A stretch of DNA of 63,935 nt, counting the filler, from Hausera hauseri (Eukaryota), in the NCBI GenBank assembly GCA_046269625.1. It is 11 parts of 11 records of this genome, joined end to end, with 100 filler letters (N's around TTAATTAATTAA, not from the genome) between each part and the next. Parts side by side here need not be neighbours in the genome. Positions count along the whole stretch, not along the records: positions 35,218 to 39,327 come from JBJURY010754430.1; positions 39,428 to 45,242 come from JBJURY010184528.1; positions 45,343 to 49,972 come from JBJURY010496908.1; positions 50,073 to 54,194 come from JBJURY010747987.1; 7 more parts are not named here. One strand, 5' to 3'. Made by a program: the position numbers and the translations under genes. This document shows positions 37,516-50,159 of the stretch, piece after piece (position 1 is the first letter of the stretch; each line of letters starts with the position of its first letter). Below the pieces are notes generated by a model that made no database searches, was not told the origin of the DNA, and saw nothing but the letters and a program-made list of their open reading frames with translations.

Positions 37516-38657
37516 CAGAGATTCTTAACCAATGGGCCGCGGCCCAATTGTGGGCCGCGAGCGCCACCTTGAGGGCCTCAAAAGAACAACGGTTTTTAAC
37601 ATTGGGCCGCAGAGGGCCACGGGACTGAATTGATTTTGAATAAGGTGCAATACACTTTCTCACCACTAGTAGCGGTAGTGCGCCACTCAGATGTTGAACA
37701 ACTTTTTTAATTCGTAGAAGAAGAACCTTAGCTAATAGCTACCCGCCGAGAATGGAAACCTATTTTAAACGAAAAGTAGAAGGCAAAAATAAAGGCAACC
37801 CTTCAAAAAAGTCCAAAGTTGTAGGAAAATATAACGCAGACTTTATTAAATATGGTTTTGTGAACGGAGGAAACGAGGTAGAGCCAAGAGCTCAGTGTGT
37901 GGAGTTGTTGTTGATGTTACTGTTGTTGTTTATTTGTCACTAATATGAAGAGCAGCTTCTGGTTCCACCATGCAACATTATATAAGTTCAAAAGATTATC
38001 AAATACATTTGCAGATACAGATATATTTTCATTTGCATTTTATTAAATTTATTCTTGTAGTTTATTTAATTTAAAACATTTTGAATGTATTTATTTAAAA
38101 AAAACTTTAAACTTGTCAAAAAGCTGTTGTTGATGTTACTGTTATTTTTTGTCACTACTATGAAGAGCAGCTTCTGGTTCTACCATGCAAAAGTTTAAAA
38201 AGCCTATATTTTCATTTGCACTTTATCAAATTTATTTTTACAGATTTTTTTTATTTGAAACACTTACATTGAACATTTTGAATGTATTTATTTTATGACT
38301 ACAATTTTATTTATTGAATTGTCTTGTTATTGTTTATGTTGTTAAAAATGTATTTTTGTGTTGATAAGCCTGAGTGGTCTGTTGACTGACCGTTGTATTT
38401 GTTCAAATAATTGTTATGGGCAGGTTACAATATAAAAAAATGTTTGTCATATTCATGTATTGCGATTATTCGACAGGATTTTTACTTTTAAACTGTAAGT
38501 GTATTTAATTTAGTTATAATGCAAATACAATACAAATTAAACCAAGATTTAGAATAATTATCATTTTGATCAGTACATTGGTAATATCTAACTGGGCCTC
38601 GTGCCACTTTATGTTCAACAAATTGGGCCCTGGGGTCAAAAAGGTTAAGAACCCCTG
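37516..38657 (+). mobile_element. Non-autonomous hAT (Charlie/Buster-type) DNA transposon
   Basis: TIRs CAGAGATTCTTAACC / GGTTAAGAACCCCTG, GGGCC subterminal motifs, transposase N-terminus KYNADFIKYGF..PRAQCV at 37752. Confidence 0.82.
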
Positions 38658-39436
38658 CTCTAATGCTTTTAGGTACATCAGAAACACAGAGCACAAGTGA
38701 TGCTGGTGATCTAAGACTCTTTCAGAGCTTGTAAAAGTTCTGTGTAAACTGCGGGGGTTGTTTGTGAATATGTCGTATCTGCAGGCAGCCTCGCGGGCCA
38801 GCCGAGTCTAAACGATCTCTGGAAGCAAAACACTCAGCGAACATCCTGCTGGGTGGCTGTGCTCTTTCACCCCCTCGTACAACCTACCTTTGTGTGTGTG
38901 AGTGTGAACGTGTTTGTTTGCTAGCGTGCTGAGGGAGGTTCGAGCCAAGTAGGCTGGAGCGTTTGAGTAGAGGAGACCTTGCACATTCCTGAACCCCTCC
39001 CTTTCTGTGCCTCCGAACTTCCTACTCCAGTAGGGACTGTGGGGGGCAGCAGGGATGCCGCTTTGTGCTCTGTCTTTCACAATACATCTGACACAAGTAA
39101 TCAGGGTGCTGCTACAAGAAACTTGTGGGAGAAAAAAGTAGGAAGCTGACAGAATTCAAACTTTTAGGTGGTCAGTTACAAAAACACAATGCTGCATCAA
39201 AGATGTAGGATGCTTATTTAACTGCCGGCTTTTGTGGCAGCTGACACATATCAGATAAAGTCCAACCCCAATGTTGGCTTGAAGCAGGGCTGTAATTGTT
39301 TCTATCAATCTTAGAACCTACATAGGCNNNNNNNNNNNNNNNNNNNNNNNNNNNNNNNNNNNNNNNNNNNNTTAATTAATTAANNNNNNNNNNNNNNNNN
39401 NNNNNNNNNNNNNNNNNNNNNNNNNNNCCGATCTGC

Positions 39437-40399
39437 AAGGCCTGGATTTGTTTATACACATGTGCCATATATCGAGCGGTTCATCTGGAACTTTTATCTT
39501 CACTAGATACTGCAACATTCCTTCAGAGTTTTCGTCGTTTTATTGCCCGCAGAGGCAGACCTTCAGTGGTATACTGTGATAACGGAAAAAATTTTGTTGG
39601 AGCATCGAACTACCTAAGATCCGTTGACTGGAATGATATTGCACGATACAGCACGACCAAGAAAATCCATTGGTATTTCAACCCTCCTGCTGCTCCTTGG
39701 TGGGGTGGTTTTTGGGAGCGCCTGATAGGTTTGGTAAAGAAAATACTAAGAAGGGTTTTAGGACAAGCTCTTCTGTGTTATGAAGAAATGACTACTACTT
39801 TGTGTGATGCAGAGACTGTCATTAATTCTCGACCTCTCACATACCTATCGGAGTATGACAGTCAATTTGTTTGTTTATCACCAAACTCCTTTTTGAATGA
39901 TTTTCGTCAAGTTGACGTTCCTGACTTTGACCAACTTGATGGTAAAGTTTTAAACAACCGACTTCAATATCGACAAAAATTGATCAGTGATATCAAAAAA
40001 CGTTTCAGGTCAGAGTACTTGGGACTTTTAATACAACGAAGAGACACTGGAAAACATGAGCACCAAATCAAAGTAGGTGATATTGTATTAATTGGGAGTG
40101 ACAACACCAAGTGTATCGAGTGGCCTTTAGGTCGTGTTACTGAAATATTTCCCGGAAAAGATAACGTCTGTAGATCAGTTTGTTTGAAAACAACCAAGGG
40201 TTTCATCATAAGGCCAATTCAAAGACTCTTTCCATTAGAAGTCTGTGCGTCTTATCCTGAAGACAATTCGGAAGACAAAAAGAAACCCACAGAGGCTTTG
40301 TTTAGAATCAAGAACCATGATGATAATGATACCCGTGACATAGAGTTCCGGACCACAAGCGGACGAAAGGTTAAAGTCCCTCAAAAACTGGACTTGTGA
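39437..40399 (+). CDS. BEL/Pao integrase core and C-terminal domain (3' end of polyprotein)
   Basis: KAWICLYTCAIYRAVHLEL, RFIARRGRP, CDNGKNF, APWWGGFWERLI, WPLGRV, RPIQRLFPLE. Confidence 0.93.
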   Translation, partial: KAWICLYTCAIYRAVHLELLSSLDTATFLQSFRRFIARRGRPSVVYCDNGKNFVGASNYLRSVDWNDIARYSTTKKIHWYFNPPAAPWWGGFWERLIGLVKKILRRVLGQALLCYEEMTTTLCDAETVINSRPLTYLSEYDSQFVCLSPNSFLNDFRQVDVPDFDQLDGKVLNNRLQYRQKLISDIKKRFRSEYLGLLIQRRDTGKHEHQIKVGDIVLIGSDNTKCIEWPLGRVTEIFPGKDNVCRSVCLKTTKGFIIRPIQRLFPLEVCASYPEDNSEDKKKPTEALFRIKNHDDNDTRDIEFRTTSGRKVKVPQKLDL

Positions 40400-40491
40400 A
40401 CACTTTACTTGCTATCTTAGCAGACTTTTGAATATATTTTTTTCTTTTTACTTATGTTAAGTTGCCTCCCGACAACTTAAGGTGGGAGGAA

Positions 40492-40784
40492 TGTTACGTT
40501 TCATTTCATGATTGCGCAAGTAGCGTCGTTGTGGCTATTAGTTCATTTGTTTTGTATTTTTACTTGCCTGAGAGTGGCAACGTTTTGTTTTGTTTTTAAG
40601 AAGCTACAGTTGTTTTTTTATGAGTAGTTAGTTCTTCTTGTAATGTAGAAAAATAAATGATTTGTTTTTTTGTATTAAGATTTTAAGTTCTGTATTTGTT
40701 TTAATCTCAGGATTACTTCGGTTTTTAAGAATTTGCATTGGACTCGGAATGCTGGTAGCATAATGAAAATTCTCGAATTCGACA
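40492..40784 (+). repeat. BEL/Pao LTR (~293 bp)
   Basis: PPT GGTGGGAGGAA then TGTTAC; AATAAA at ~40652; ends CGACA ahead of the PBS. Confidence 0.8.
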
Positions 40785-40790
40785 TTTTTA

Positions 40791-40808
40791 TGGTACCCTC
40801 GGCGGGAC
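40791..40808 (+). promoter_or_regulatory. Primer binding site (tRNA-Arg-like)
   Basis: TGGTACCCTCGGCGGGAC; complement GTCCCGCCGAGGGTACCA resembles tRNA-Arg(CCT) 3' ends. Confidence 0.6.
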
Positions 40809-40876
40809 CTTTGTAAATAGAATCCTGAAGGTTAAGGCCCTAGAGGTAAGCCTATTAAATTTATTTAAGTGCAATA

Positions 40877-43800
40877 ATGGAAAATTTAAAAAAGAATCGT
40901 ACGGCTCAGAGAGCCGCCTTTACGAAGGCTTATAAAAGATTAGATGAATTGATTGTTAAAGAAAATGTAGGTGCCGATGAACTAGAAACAGAACTACAAA
41001 TTTTTATTTCGAAAGAAGAACGATTGGAAGAAACTCATAAAGAAATTTTGACCATGGTAGCAGAAACCGAATTTGAAATGGAATATGAAGTTGTAGATGA
41101 TTTTCGTGAAAGGGCATTGAGACTTAAGTTAAAAGTAAGGGGATTAATTAATGCCAAATCTGTCGCCAGTAATGTTACTACGTCATCCTCGGAATTGATT
41201 ATTGATAATTTAGATAACACAAGTGTCATGAATAATAGAAAATTTAAGCTACCCAAATTAGAATTACGGAAATTTGATGGGGAAATAAAAGAATGGCTAC
41301 ACTTTTGGAGCCAGTTTGAAAAAATACATTCTGATCCTAGTATTGTTAATTCTGACAAATTCCAGTATTTGTTACAAGCTACGGTCGAAGGCTCTCGCGC
41401 TAGAGAAGTAATAGAAAGCTTCCCGCCAACGGGAGAAAATTACTCTAAAGCTATCGAAAGTCTAAAATCACGGTTCGGCAGGGATGATTTGCTTGTTGAA
41501 GTATATGTGAGAGAACTTTTAAAATTAGTATTAAAAAATGCTTCGTCACCTAATCCACATAATTTGTGCGCACTTTATGACAACTTGGAATCTCAAATTC
41601 GAGCACTTGAAACTCTGGGTGTTACTAAAGACAAAAGTGCTGCTTTACTTTATCCCTTAGTTGAATCGTGTATGCCTGAAGATTTTCTTAGAGCTTGGCA
41701 GCGGAGTCCAAATGTAGACCATGGAGGCGATCCAAAAAACAGGCTTGATAGTTTATTAAAATTTTTGAAATCTGAAGTCGAATCAGAAGAACGAATTAAT
41801 TTAGCTATGGCCGGATTCGGACTTAAAGAGAACATGTATTTTAAGGGAAAAGAACAAAAGAAAATTTTTGAAAGAATTCCCACCGCAGCTAGCTTGCTGA
41901 GCACGAATTCTCATGAAAAGTTATGTGTCTTTTGTAATAGCAAACACGACAGTTTAAATTGTTACAAGGCTCAAAAACTGAATTGGGCAACAAAACAAAA
42001 ATTGTTGAAAGATAAGGGGTGCTGTTTCAAATGTTTTAAGGTTGGACATCGAGCACAAAAGTGCAAAAATTTTATAAGATGTTCTATTTGTAATAAAGCT
42101 CACAGTTTAATTATGTGTCCAGATTTACCTTGTAATAAATCCGATTCAGACAAATCAGAGAAGGTCGGAAAAGAAGGAAAGTCAATAAATTTATCGAGTG
42201 TTTCTAATTCTCCAAAGGTTTTACTACAAACATTAAAAGTTAAGTTAATTGGGAAGAATTGTACCTTATATGTGAGGGCATTGTTTGATTCCGGTTCGCA
42301 AAAATCGTTTATCAGAAAGGCAGTAGCAGCTACTTTGGGTTTCAAACCTTTGCGTCAACAAACAGTATCTCATTCACTTTTCGGGGGAACTAAGACTGGT
42401 AACAAACCCCACAATATATACAAAATTGAGCTGGGAAGTTTAGACGGTGAATTCGTTTGTAACTTTGACGTCCTTGATCAAGATGAGATATGCGATGCTG
42501 TTCCCTCAGCAACAAATGGGCCTTGGATTAATGAATTGGAATCTATGAATATTTTGATTAGTGACATTGAAGATAAAAACGGGCCAATTGATGTTTTGAT
42601 TGGAGCTGACGTTTCAGGGAGATTATTCACAGGGAACAGAAGAATTTTATCCTGTGGAATAGTTGCTACGGAAACATATTTGGGATGGACATTGATAGGA
42701 AAAACTGCCTTACCAGCTGCCAAGGAAGATATAGCGATGGCGACCATATCGATGTTCGTGAAAGAAGCAACTATTTCGGATCTGTTCAGTTTAGATGTCC
42801 TTGGTATAACTGATCCCTCTGATGTGAAAACGAAAAAAGAAAGGGAACTGTTAACGAAACAATTCTTCGAGAAAACTGTTAAAACAAACAAAGATGGCCA
42901 TTATGAAGTAGCTCTGCCGTGGCGAAATGATCATTCTCCTCTTTCAGACAATAAAGATTTAGCACTTAAAAGACTGGAGAATGCAACGAAGGAACTTCAT
43001 TCCGAAAAATTATTTTCTGTGTATAACGAAGTTTTTAAGGAATGGATTTCATTGGATATTATAGAAGAAGTAACTGATGATGCCGTGCCTCATGAACATT
43101 ATCTTCCTCATAGACCAGTTGTGAAGTCTCATGGCACCACTAAGGTACGTCCGGTATTTGATGCTTCGGCCAGAAAAGCTGGATCCCCGTCCTTGAATCA
43201 ATGTCTCGAGACTGGACCTAATCTGTTGGAACTTATTCCTGGTCTTCTCTTAAGATTTAGAGAATATAAAATTGGGATTACAGCCGACATAGAAAAGGCA
43301 TTCTTGCAAATTAGTGTGAGACCTGAGGATCGAAATTTCCTTCGCTTCTTATGGTGGAATGATGAAGAAAAAGACAAATTGAAAATTATGCGTCACAAAA
43401 GAGTGGTATTTGGAGTGAAAAGTAGTCCCTTTCTGTTAGAGGCTGTAATTGAGTATCATTTGAAAAAATATTTAGAAGATTCCAGATTCGACAAGCAAAT
43501 CATTGATAGAATTCTTCGAAGTTTCTATGTGGACAATTTAGTCACCAGTTTGAGTAGAGAATGTGATGTTCTACCTTTTATCAACGAAGTTCATCATATA
43601 ATGGCCGAAGGAAAGTTTAATTTGAGAGGATGGCAATATACAGGGGATGATGATCTAGTTCAGTTTACTCCAGTATTAGGGTTATTATGGGATCGCAAAG
43701 ATGATGTTTTAAAAGTAAACTTAGATTGGTTAGAAAACGAAAGTTTTGAAATTGTATCGAAAAGAATAATCCTTTCTATTGCACAAAAGGTTTTTGATCC

Positions 43801-45221
43801 AATTGGAATTTTATGTCCTGCTTTACTTATGCCCAAACTATTATTGCAAAGGATGTGGAAGGCAGGTATTTCATGGGACGACGAAGTTAACGGTGACATC
43901 AAAGAGAAATTTTTGAACTGGTTTTCGGAACTTAATCTCTTAAAACAGGTATTCGTTAAACGCTGCCTTTTAGTTGATCCAAATTATGTCAATAGAGTAA
44001 GCATTCATACATTTTGTGATGCTAGCATTCATGCGTATGCCGCAGTCGTATTTTTGCGAGTTGAAAGTTCCGAAGGTGTATATATTCAACTACTCGGAGC
44101 GAAATCAAGGGTCGCTCCAGTGAAACGTATCACCATTCCGCGTTTAGAACTGTTGGCTGCAACGGTGGGAGCCAGATTATGCAAATCCGTGATAGAAGGT
44201 CTCAGATGGGACAATATTAAACACTACTATTGGACAGATTCTAGCACTGTCTTGTCCTGGATACAGAGAAGTGATTCTTGGACTGTTTTTGTAAGTAATC
44301 GTGTTCGAGAAATAAGAAGTTTAACTGAACCAACACTATGGAAGCATATTTCTGGAATCGACAATCCTGCAGATTTGCCCTCAAGAGGGTGTTCAGCAAG
44401 CCAGCTGTTTCTAAGTAAATGGTGGGAAGAACTATCTTGGTTGAAAGAGCCTGAAGAAAATTGGCCTGTTACCGAGCAATTATTTAATGAAGATGCGATT
44501 TCACAGGAAAAAAGGAAAACTAAATCAAATCCATCGATTGTTTGTCCTCTAAGTCAACCATCTGTTTGCGAAGTATGTAATGTAACAAGCGACGAATGTA
44601 GACACCACAGATTCAAATGGTATTATTATTATTTTTCAAGTTATGACAAAATGGTGCGAATGGTATCTTGGATTCAAAGATTTATTTCCAATTGTCGAAA
44701 ACCAAAATCTCTGCGAGAAAATGGGGAATTATCATATGAAGAATTTAAAAAAGCTGAAAAGATAATAGTCAGATTAATTCAAGATGAATCCTTTCCTGGA
44801 AGTGTCAGTAAGAAACTAAGCGTATTAGAAACTTATAGAGACGATGACGGAATCCTCAGACTGAAAACGAAAATTACATATAGAAAAGACTCTGCAGATT
44901 TTCGAAATCCTCTGATTTTGCCTTCTGATCATCCAGTTGTAAAACGATTAATATTTTCTGAACACCGGAAAAATTCTCATGCTGGTCCACAAATTTTGCT
45001 AAACATCTTGAGAGAACACTACTGGATTTTGAATTCGAGAAAAACTGTAAGATCTGTTTTGTCAAAATGTGTTATTTGTTTAAGACATGTCAAACGGAAT
45101 CTAACAGCTCCAATACCTTCACTACCAGAAAACAGAATAAAAGATGCAGCTATCTTCGAAGTAATTGGTGTCGATATGACTGGTCCTTTATATTTGAAGG
45201 GTGGAAGCAAGGCCTGGATTT
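40877..45221 (+). CDS. BEL/Pao Gag-Pol polyprotein (gag, 3 zinc knuckles, protease, RT, RNase H, IN N-terminus)
   Basis: LPKLELRKFDG, three Cys/His knuckles, ALFDSGSQKSF, ADIEKAFLQ, FYVDN, FCDAS, TIPRLELLAA, NPADLPSRG; no stops. Confidence 0.96.
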
Positions 45222-47154
45222 TTTTCTCCACCTGTCCCACATNNNNNNNNNNNNNNNNNNNNNNNNNNNNNNNNNNNNNNNNNNNNTTAATTAATTAANN
45301 NNNNNNNNNNNNNNNNNNNNNNNNNNNNNNNNNNNNNNNNNNTGCCAAGTATAATTATTAGACAGACCCTTGTTGATATTTAATTATTGAGAAGTTTGTT
45401 TTATGCGGTTTGTAGTAATAAGGGAAAAATATTAGTTTTACGAGGCACTAGAGAAAAAGTTTCCCCTTCATCCAACAAACCTGTGACGGTGGTACCAAAT
45501 TAAAAATTAAGTGTACAATTTGTAGCATTGAGACGAAGATATCAAAAGATTGTTTGGCTGTTAAACCCCAATTGGGGAGAATAGATAGTTAGTTTAGCAA
45601 CTTGGAACCATCGAAAACTAAATATGATCTAGCTGTTTTTGAAAGTACGTCATTTGGATGGGATTGTAGTTTAAAAAAATACGTATTATGACATTGTTTT
45701 ATTTGGAGATGGGACATTTGAATTCTAGAATCCACGAATCACTCGAATGTTGAGAAAAGATTTGAGAATCGAAAACTAATCTTCGCACTTTTTTCGTAAT
45801 TTGGAATCCTTCGAATCTTTATGGGAAAAAATGCCTTTTACGTTTTAAATCAAAAGTTTGGAAAGATTAGTTTTATTAACGTCCAATTCATTAAAAAGGC
45901 ACGCAGTTGTTGCAAGTTTAGTGGTACCTGGATCGTCAATACCAGCTCGTATCGCTCCTGTTGCCACACTTTTTTAATTTGCCAACTAGCAGAAGTATCT
46001 ATTAATCAGCACGCTACGCTCTCTTTATATTGACTTTCGAACAGTCTCGATATTTCTACATATAGTAACCTACTATTAAAAGCTCCTGGGTTTTTCAAGC
46101 AGCTAATGTCGTATTATATAAACGTTAAATCAGGCAGATGACTCGGTTGTCTGCCAACTGAACTACTCAGCCGCGACTTCTTCACAGCTCAGCGTTTCTA
46201 GTTCTGTTCCAATGTACTTCTTCTAGGAAGTACTTTATTCTCATTAGTCTGCTCTGATTGGCTAAACGTGAGATTAAGTTTTGCCTCTGCTTGGTGTTCC
46301 TTTTCAGTAATGTTTAATAATTTGTTATCAGTGTTAACCCTTGAATTAATCCTGCTCCTTCTACACTTGGTCTGATTTAAACCGTTCTGGAAATTTGTTT
46401 TTAAAAGAAGTTTGACTGCTACAAATATTCTGGTCAAATTATGTTGCGAAAAAGAACCCCTAGATTCAAGCTTTAAATTCAAACTCTTTAACATAATTAA
46501 AACTTGGCCACAATTAACGCTTTTAATCATGTGCTTCTTTTAGTGAATTTCATTTTTTTTTGGTCCTGTTAAGATATAAACGTAACTTTAAAAAATGTAT
46601 TCTTAAATTTTTATTTTTAAACGCAGATTTAAAATTTGGCCTTTAATAGATATTATTTAATATTAGGCAAATGTTTGGTTTTTGTTTCTTTTTATTCTAA
46701 TTTTTATATGAAGAATTTGAAAGAATCAAGTGCTCCATTCTCCTCCATTCCGGAGGATCTCAGCTCCGTGCGCTTGCTCAGCTTCACCGCCCTGCAGGTT
46801 GGGTGGATTTTTCCTAGAATTTTGTTAGTTGGATGACGCTCGGAACGACGGCAAATTCAGCAATAAATTAACTTTATGATACATTCCTATCATTATACTG
46901 CTAATCACAGTTTCACCCGTCTCGAGAAGAAATAATGCTTTGTGTTCTTTGGTAAAGTGGACTGATTTCGTTATTTTTTTTTTTTTTTTGAAAACAAAAT
47001 GGCTTTCTCATTAAAACAATTAGATATCTGTATCGTACAAACACCACCACAGCGCGTATGAAGATGAACTTTTGGCATCAAAAGATTACGAGGTTTAAAC
47101 TTATCGTGAAAATAAAAAGCAGAATCAAAACTGCCATGACCTCATGATAGCAAA

Positions 47155-49972
47155 AGTAGTATAGTACCGACAAAACGATTACCATTTTGCAGGCTGCGCA
47201 GCCTGCGCACATAGCTTATATAAGGAAAAACCTGGCGCAAAGCTAGCGCCATCATTATCATCATTATCATCATCATCATCATCATGTACCTTGGAAGAGG
47301 TCGGCATGAGGCCGTCTAGTGACAAATGTATAAGCCATATAGGTAAATATTTAAGTGTCGTTGGATATATGGTGGGTAAGGTCTTCTTTGTATTATGTAT
47401 TCTGAGCGGCAGGAGGGGGCTACACTATAGCCTCTGGGTGGCGATTATCATCATTATTCTTTTTATGACGTCTGCAGTTAGAGTATTTAGGGTCGATGGG
47501 GCTCTGGTGTGTTGCCTCTTTATGGGGCTCGTTGTGCTGCTTACTTATAGAGCTCTAGTGTGCTGCCTCCTTATGTGGCTCAGTGTGCTGCATCCTTATG
47601 TGGCTCAGTGTGCTGTCTCCTTATGAGGCTCTGTGGGCTACCTCCTTATGGGGCGTACTTCACCTAGTAACCTCTGGCGAGCTGCCCCCTTATAGAGCTC
47701 TAGTGGGTTGCCTCCTTATAAGGCTCTAGAGGGTTACCTCCTTACAGGGTTCTAGCGTGGTGCGTCCTTATAGGGCGTACTTTCCCTAGTAATCTCTGGC
47801 GTGTTGTCCCCTTATGGGGATCCGGCGTGCTGCCTTAGTATAGTTTTCCTAGCGTCTACCTTTATCTACCAACTCATTGTTTTTTATCGTCATCATTCTT
47901 TTGATGAATAGAATAGTTAGGGGTGATGGGGCGGGGGTAATGGTGTGTTATGTGTAGGTAACATCATGTGCCATGTCGTATAAGGGGTAGCATTGTTAAG
48001 GTTATTAGTGACCAAGACCTTCTGAAACCTCTATATCAAGGTGTATCGTTTCCCATGATGAGGGGTGATGAGATGGGGGTGGTGACGTGTTATGCATAGG
48101 TGTCATCACGTACCGTGTCGTATAAGGGGTAGCATTGCTAGGGTTACTAGTGACCAATACCTTCCGACACCTCCATGCTTAGGTGTATTGTTTCCCATGA
48201 GGAGGGGTGATGGGGTTGGGTGGTAGAGTGTTGGGTCTAGGTATCGTCATGGGCGATGTTGTATGAGGGGTAGTGTTGTTAGGGGTTCATATTTTCAGTT
48301 AAGGGTGAGTATCATAAGGGGACTGGAGGTGGTTTAGGTCGTCCTTTTCATTCTAAGACAAGTGTATAGGGACATGTTGGGTATGGTAGGGTCATTTTTT
48401 CTGTTAAGGTTAGCTATCATAAGGGTGCTGGTTGTGGTTTAGGTGGTCTTTGTCATTCTTAGGCAAGTGTTTAGGTTTATGTTGGTGATGGAACGGTCAT
48501 ATTTTCTGTTAATATTTGGTGTCTTAAGGGTATATAGTTGGTTTAGATCGTTTTCTTCATGTTTATAACATGCTTGTGGGAGCAAGTTTGGTCACGGAAC
48601 GGTCATATTTTCTGTTAAGGTTGAATTTCTGAGGGTGCTCGAGGTTGTTTAGGTCATCTTTTTTATGCTTTTACATGTCTTTTTCATTCTTTGGCAAGTG
48701 TTTAGGGACATGTTGGGGCACGGAAGGGTAATATTTTCTGTTACGGTTTTGCTTCGTAAGGGTGCTGGAGGTGGTTAAGCTCATCTTCTTTATGCTTATG
48801 CTTGTTTATGGGAGCATTTCGTCTTATGGAAGGTTCATATTTTCTGTTATAGTTGGGTATTATAAGGATGCTGGAAGTGGTTGAGGTCGTCTTCTTCATG
48901 CTTATGCATGTTTATGGGAGCATGTAGTGGCAGTTTTCATGTCGGCGACTTTTTCATGTTGGTAAGTTTTCATATCGGTGACGTTCCTTGTCTCGAGTTT
49001 TCATGTTAGGATTTTTTTACGTCAGCAACTTTTCATGTTGACACCGTTCATGTCGACAACTTTTGTGTCGAAAACTGTCATGTTGGTGACTTTGGCATGT
49101 CGGTAAGCTTTCATATCGGCGACATTCCACATCTTGAGTTTTCATCTTAGGATTTTTTCATCACGGCAACTTTTCATGTCGACAACGTTCATGTCGACAA
49201 CGTTCGTGTTGATAATTTTCGTGTTAACAACTTTCATTTCAATGACTTTGGCATGTCAGTAAGTTTTCGTATCGGTGACGTTCCACGACTCGAGTTTTCA
49301 TGTTAGGATTTTTCACATCGGCAAGTTTCCATGTCTTCAACCTTCATGTCGACAGTGTTCGTGTCGACAACTTTTGTGTTTACAACTTTAATTTCAGCAA
49401 CTTTGGTATGTTGGTAAGTTTTCATATCGGTGACGTTACACGTCTTAAGTTTTCATTTTGAGATTTTTCACATCGGTAAGTTTTCATGTCGATCACTTTC
49501 ATGTCTACAACGTTCATGTTGGCGACTTTTCATGTCGACAACGTTCATGTCGACAACCTTCATGTCAACAACGTTCATGTCGACAACTTATGTGTTGTCA
49601 ACTTTCATGTAAGTTTTCATGTCGATCACTTTCATGTCTACAACGTTCATATTGGCGACTTTTCAAGTCGACAACGTTTATGTCGACAACCTTCATTTCA
49701 ACAACATTCATGTCGACAACTCATGTGTTGTCAACTTTCATGTCGGTGACTATGTCATGTCAGTAAGTTTTCATGTCAGCGACTTTCCATGTCTCAAGTT
49801 TTCATGTTAGGATTTTTCACGTCGGCAGCTTTCCATGTTTGTAATTTTTCATATCGGTGGCTTTGTCATGGTGGTGACTTCTCATGTCGACGACTTCCAG
49901 GTCAACAACTTTCATGCTGGCAAGTTTTCATGTTGGTATCTTTTCATGCCGGTAATTTTTCATGTCGGCGAC
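47155..49972 (+). mobile_element. Polinton/Maverick-like left terminus (TIR) with nested tandem repeats
   Basis: Begins AGTAGTATAGTA; first ~85 bp homologous to the reverse complement of 63795-63883; followed by ~22-, ~143-, ~88- and 15-bp repeat arrays. Confidence 0.65.
48930..49972 (+). repeat. 15-bp-based tandem array (consensus ~TTCATGTCGACAACG) in higher-order units
   Basis: Recurrent CATGTCGACAAC core. Confidence 0.9.
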
Positions 49973-50159
49973 NNNNNNNNNNNNNNNNNNNNNNNNNNNN
50001 NNNNNNNNNNNNNNNNTTAATTAATTAANNNNNNNNNNNNNNNNNNNNNNNNNNNNNNNNNNNNNNNNNNNNTGGGGCATTTCATTTACCATCGTCATTT
50101 GACTAGAAAAGCAAACACTATGGTCAGATCATTTGACCAATGATTTATCACAGCAGCTA

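Larger units (their letters stand above)
39435..45221 (+). mobile_element. BEL/Pao LTR retrotransposon, complete permuted single-LTR unit (5772 bp)
   Basis: GCAAGGCCTGGATTT at both 39435 and 45207; IN C-terminus, PPT, LTR, PBS, gag-pol. Confidence 0.92.

Noticed and set aside
39428-39434. CCGATCT at contig start and divergent last ~20 nt (45222-45242)
   Set aside because: Matches the Illumina adapter end and a low-quality contig tail; not biological
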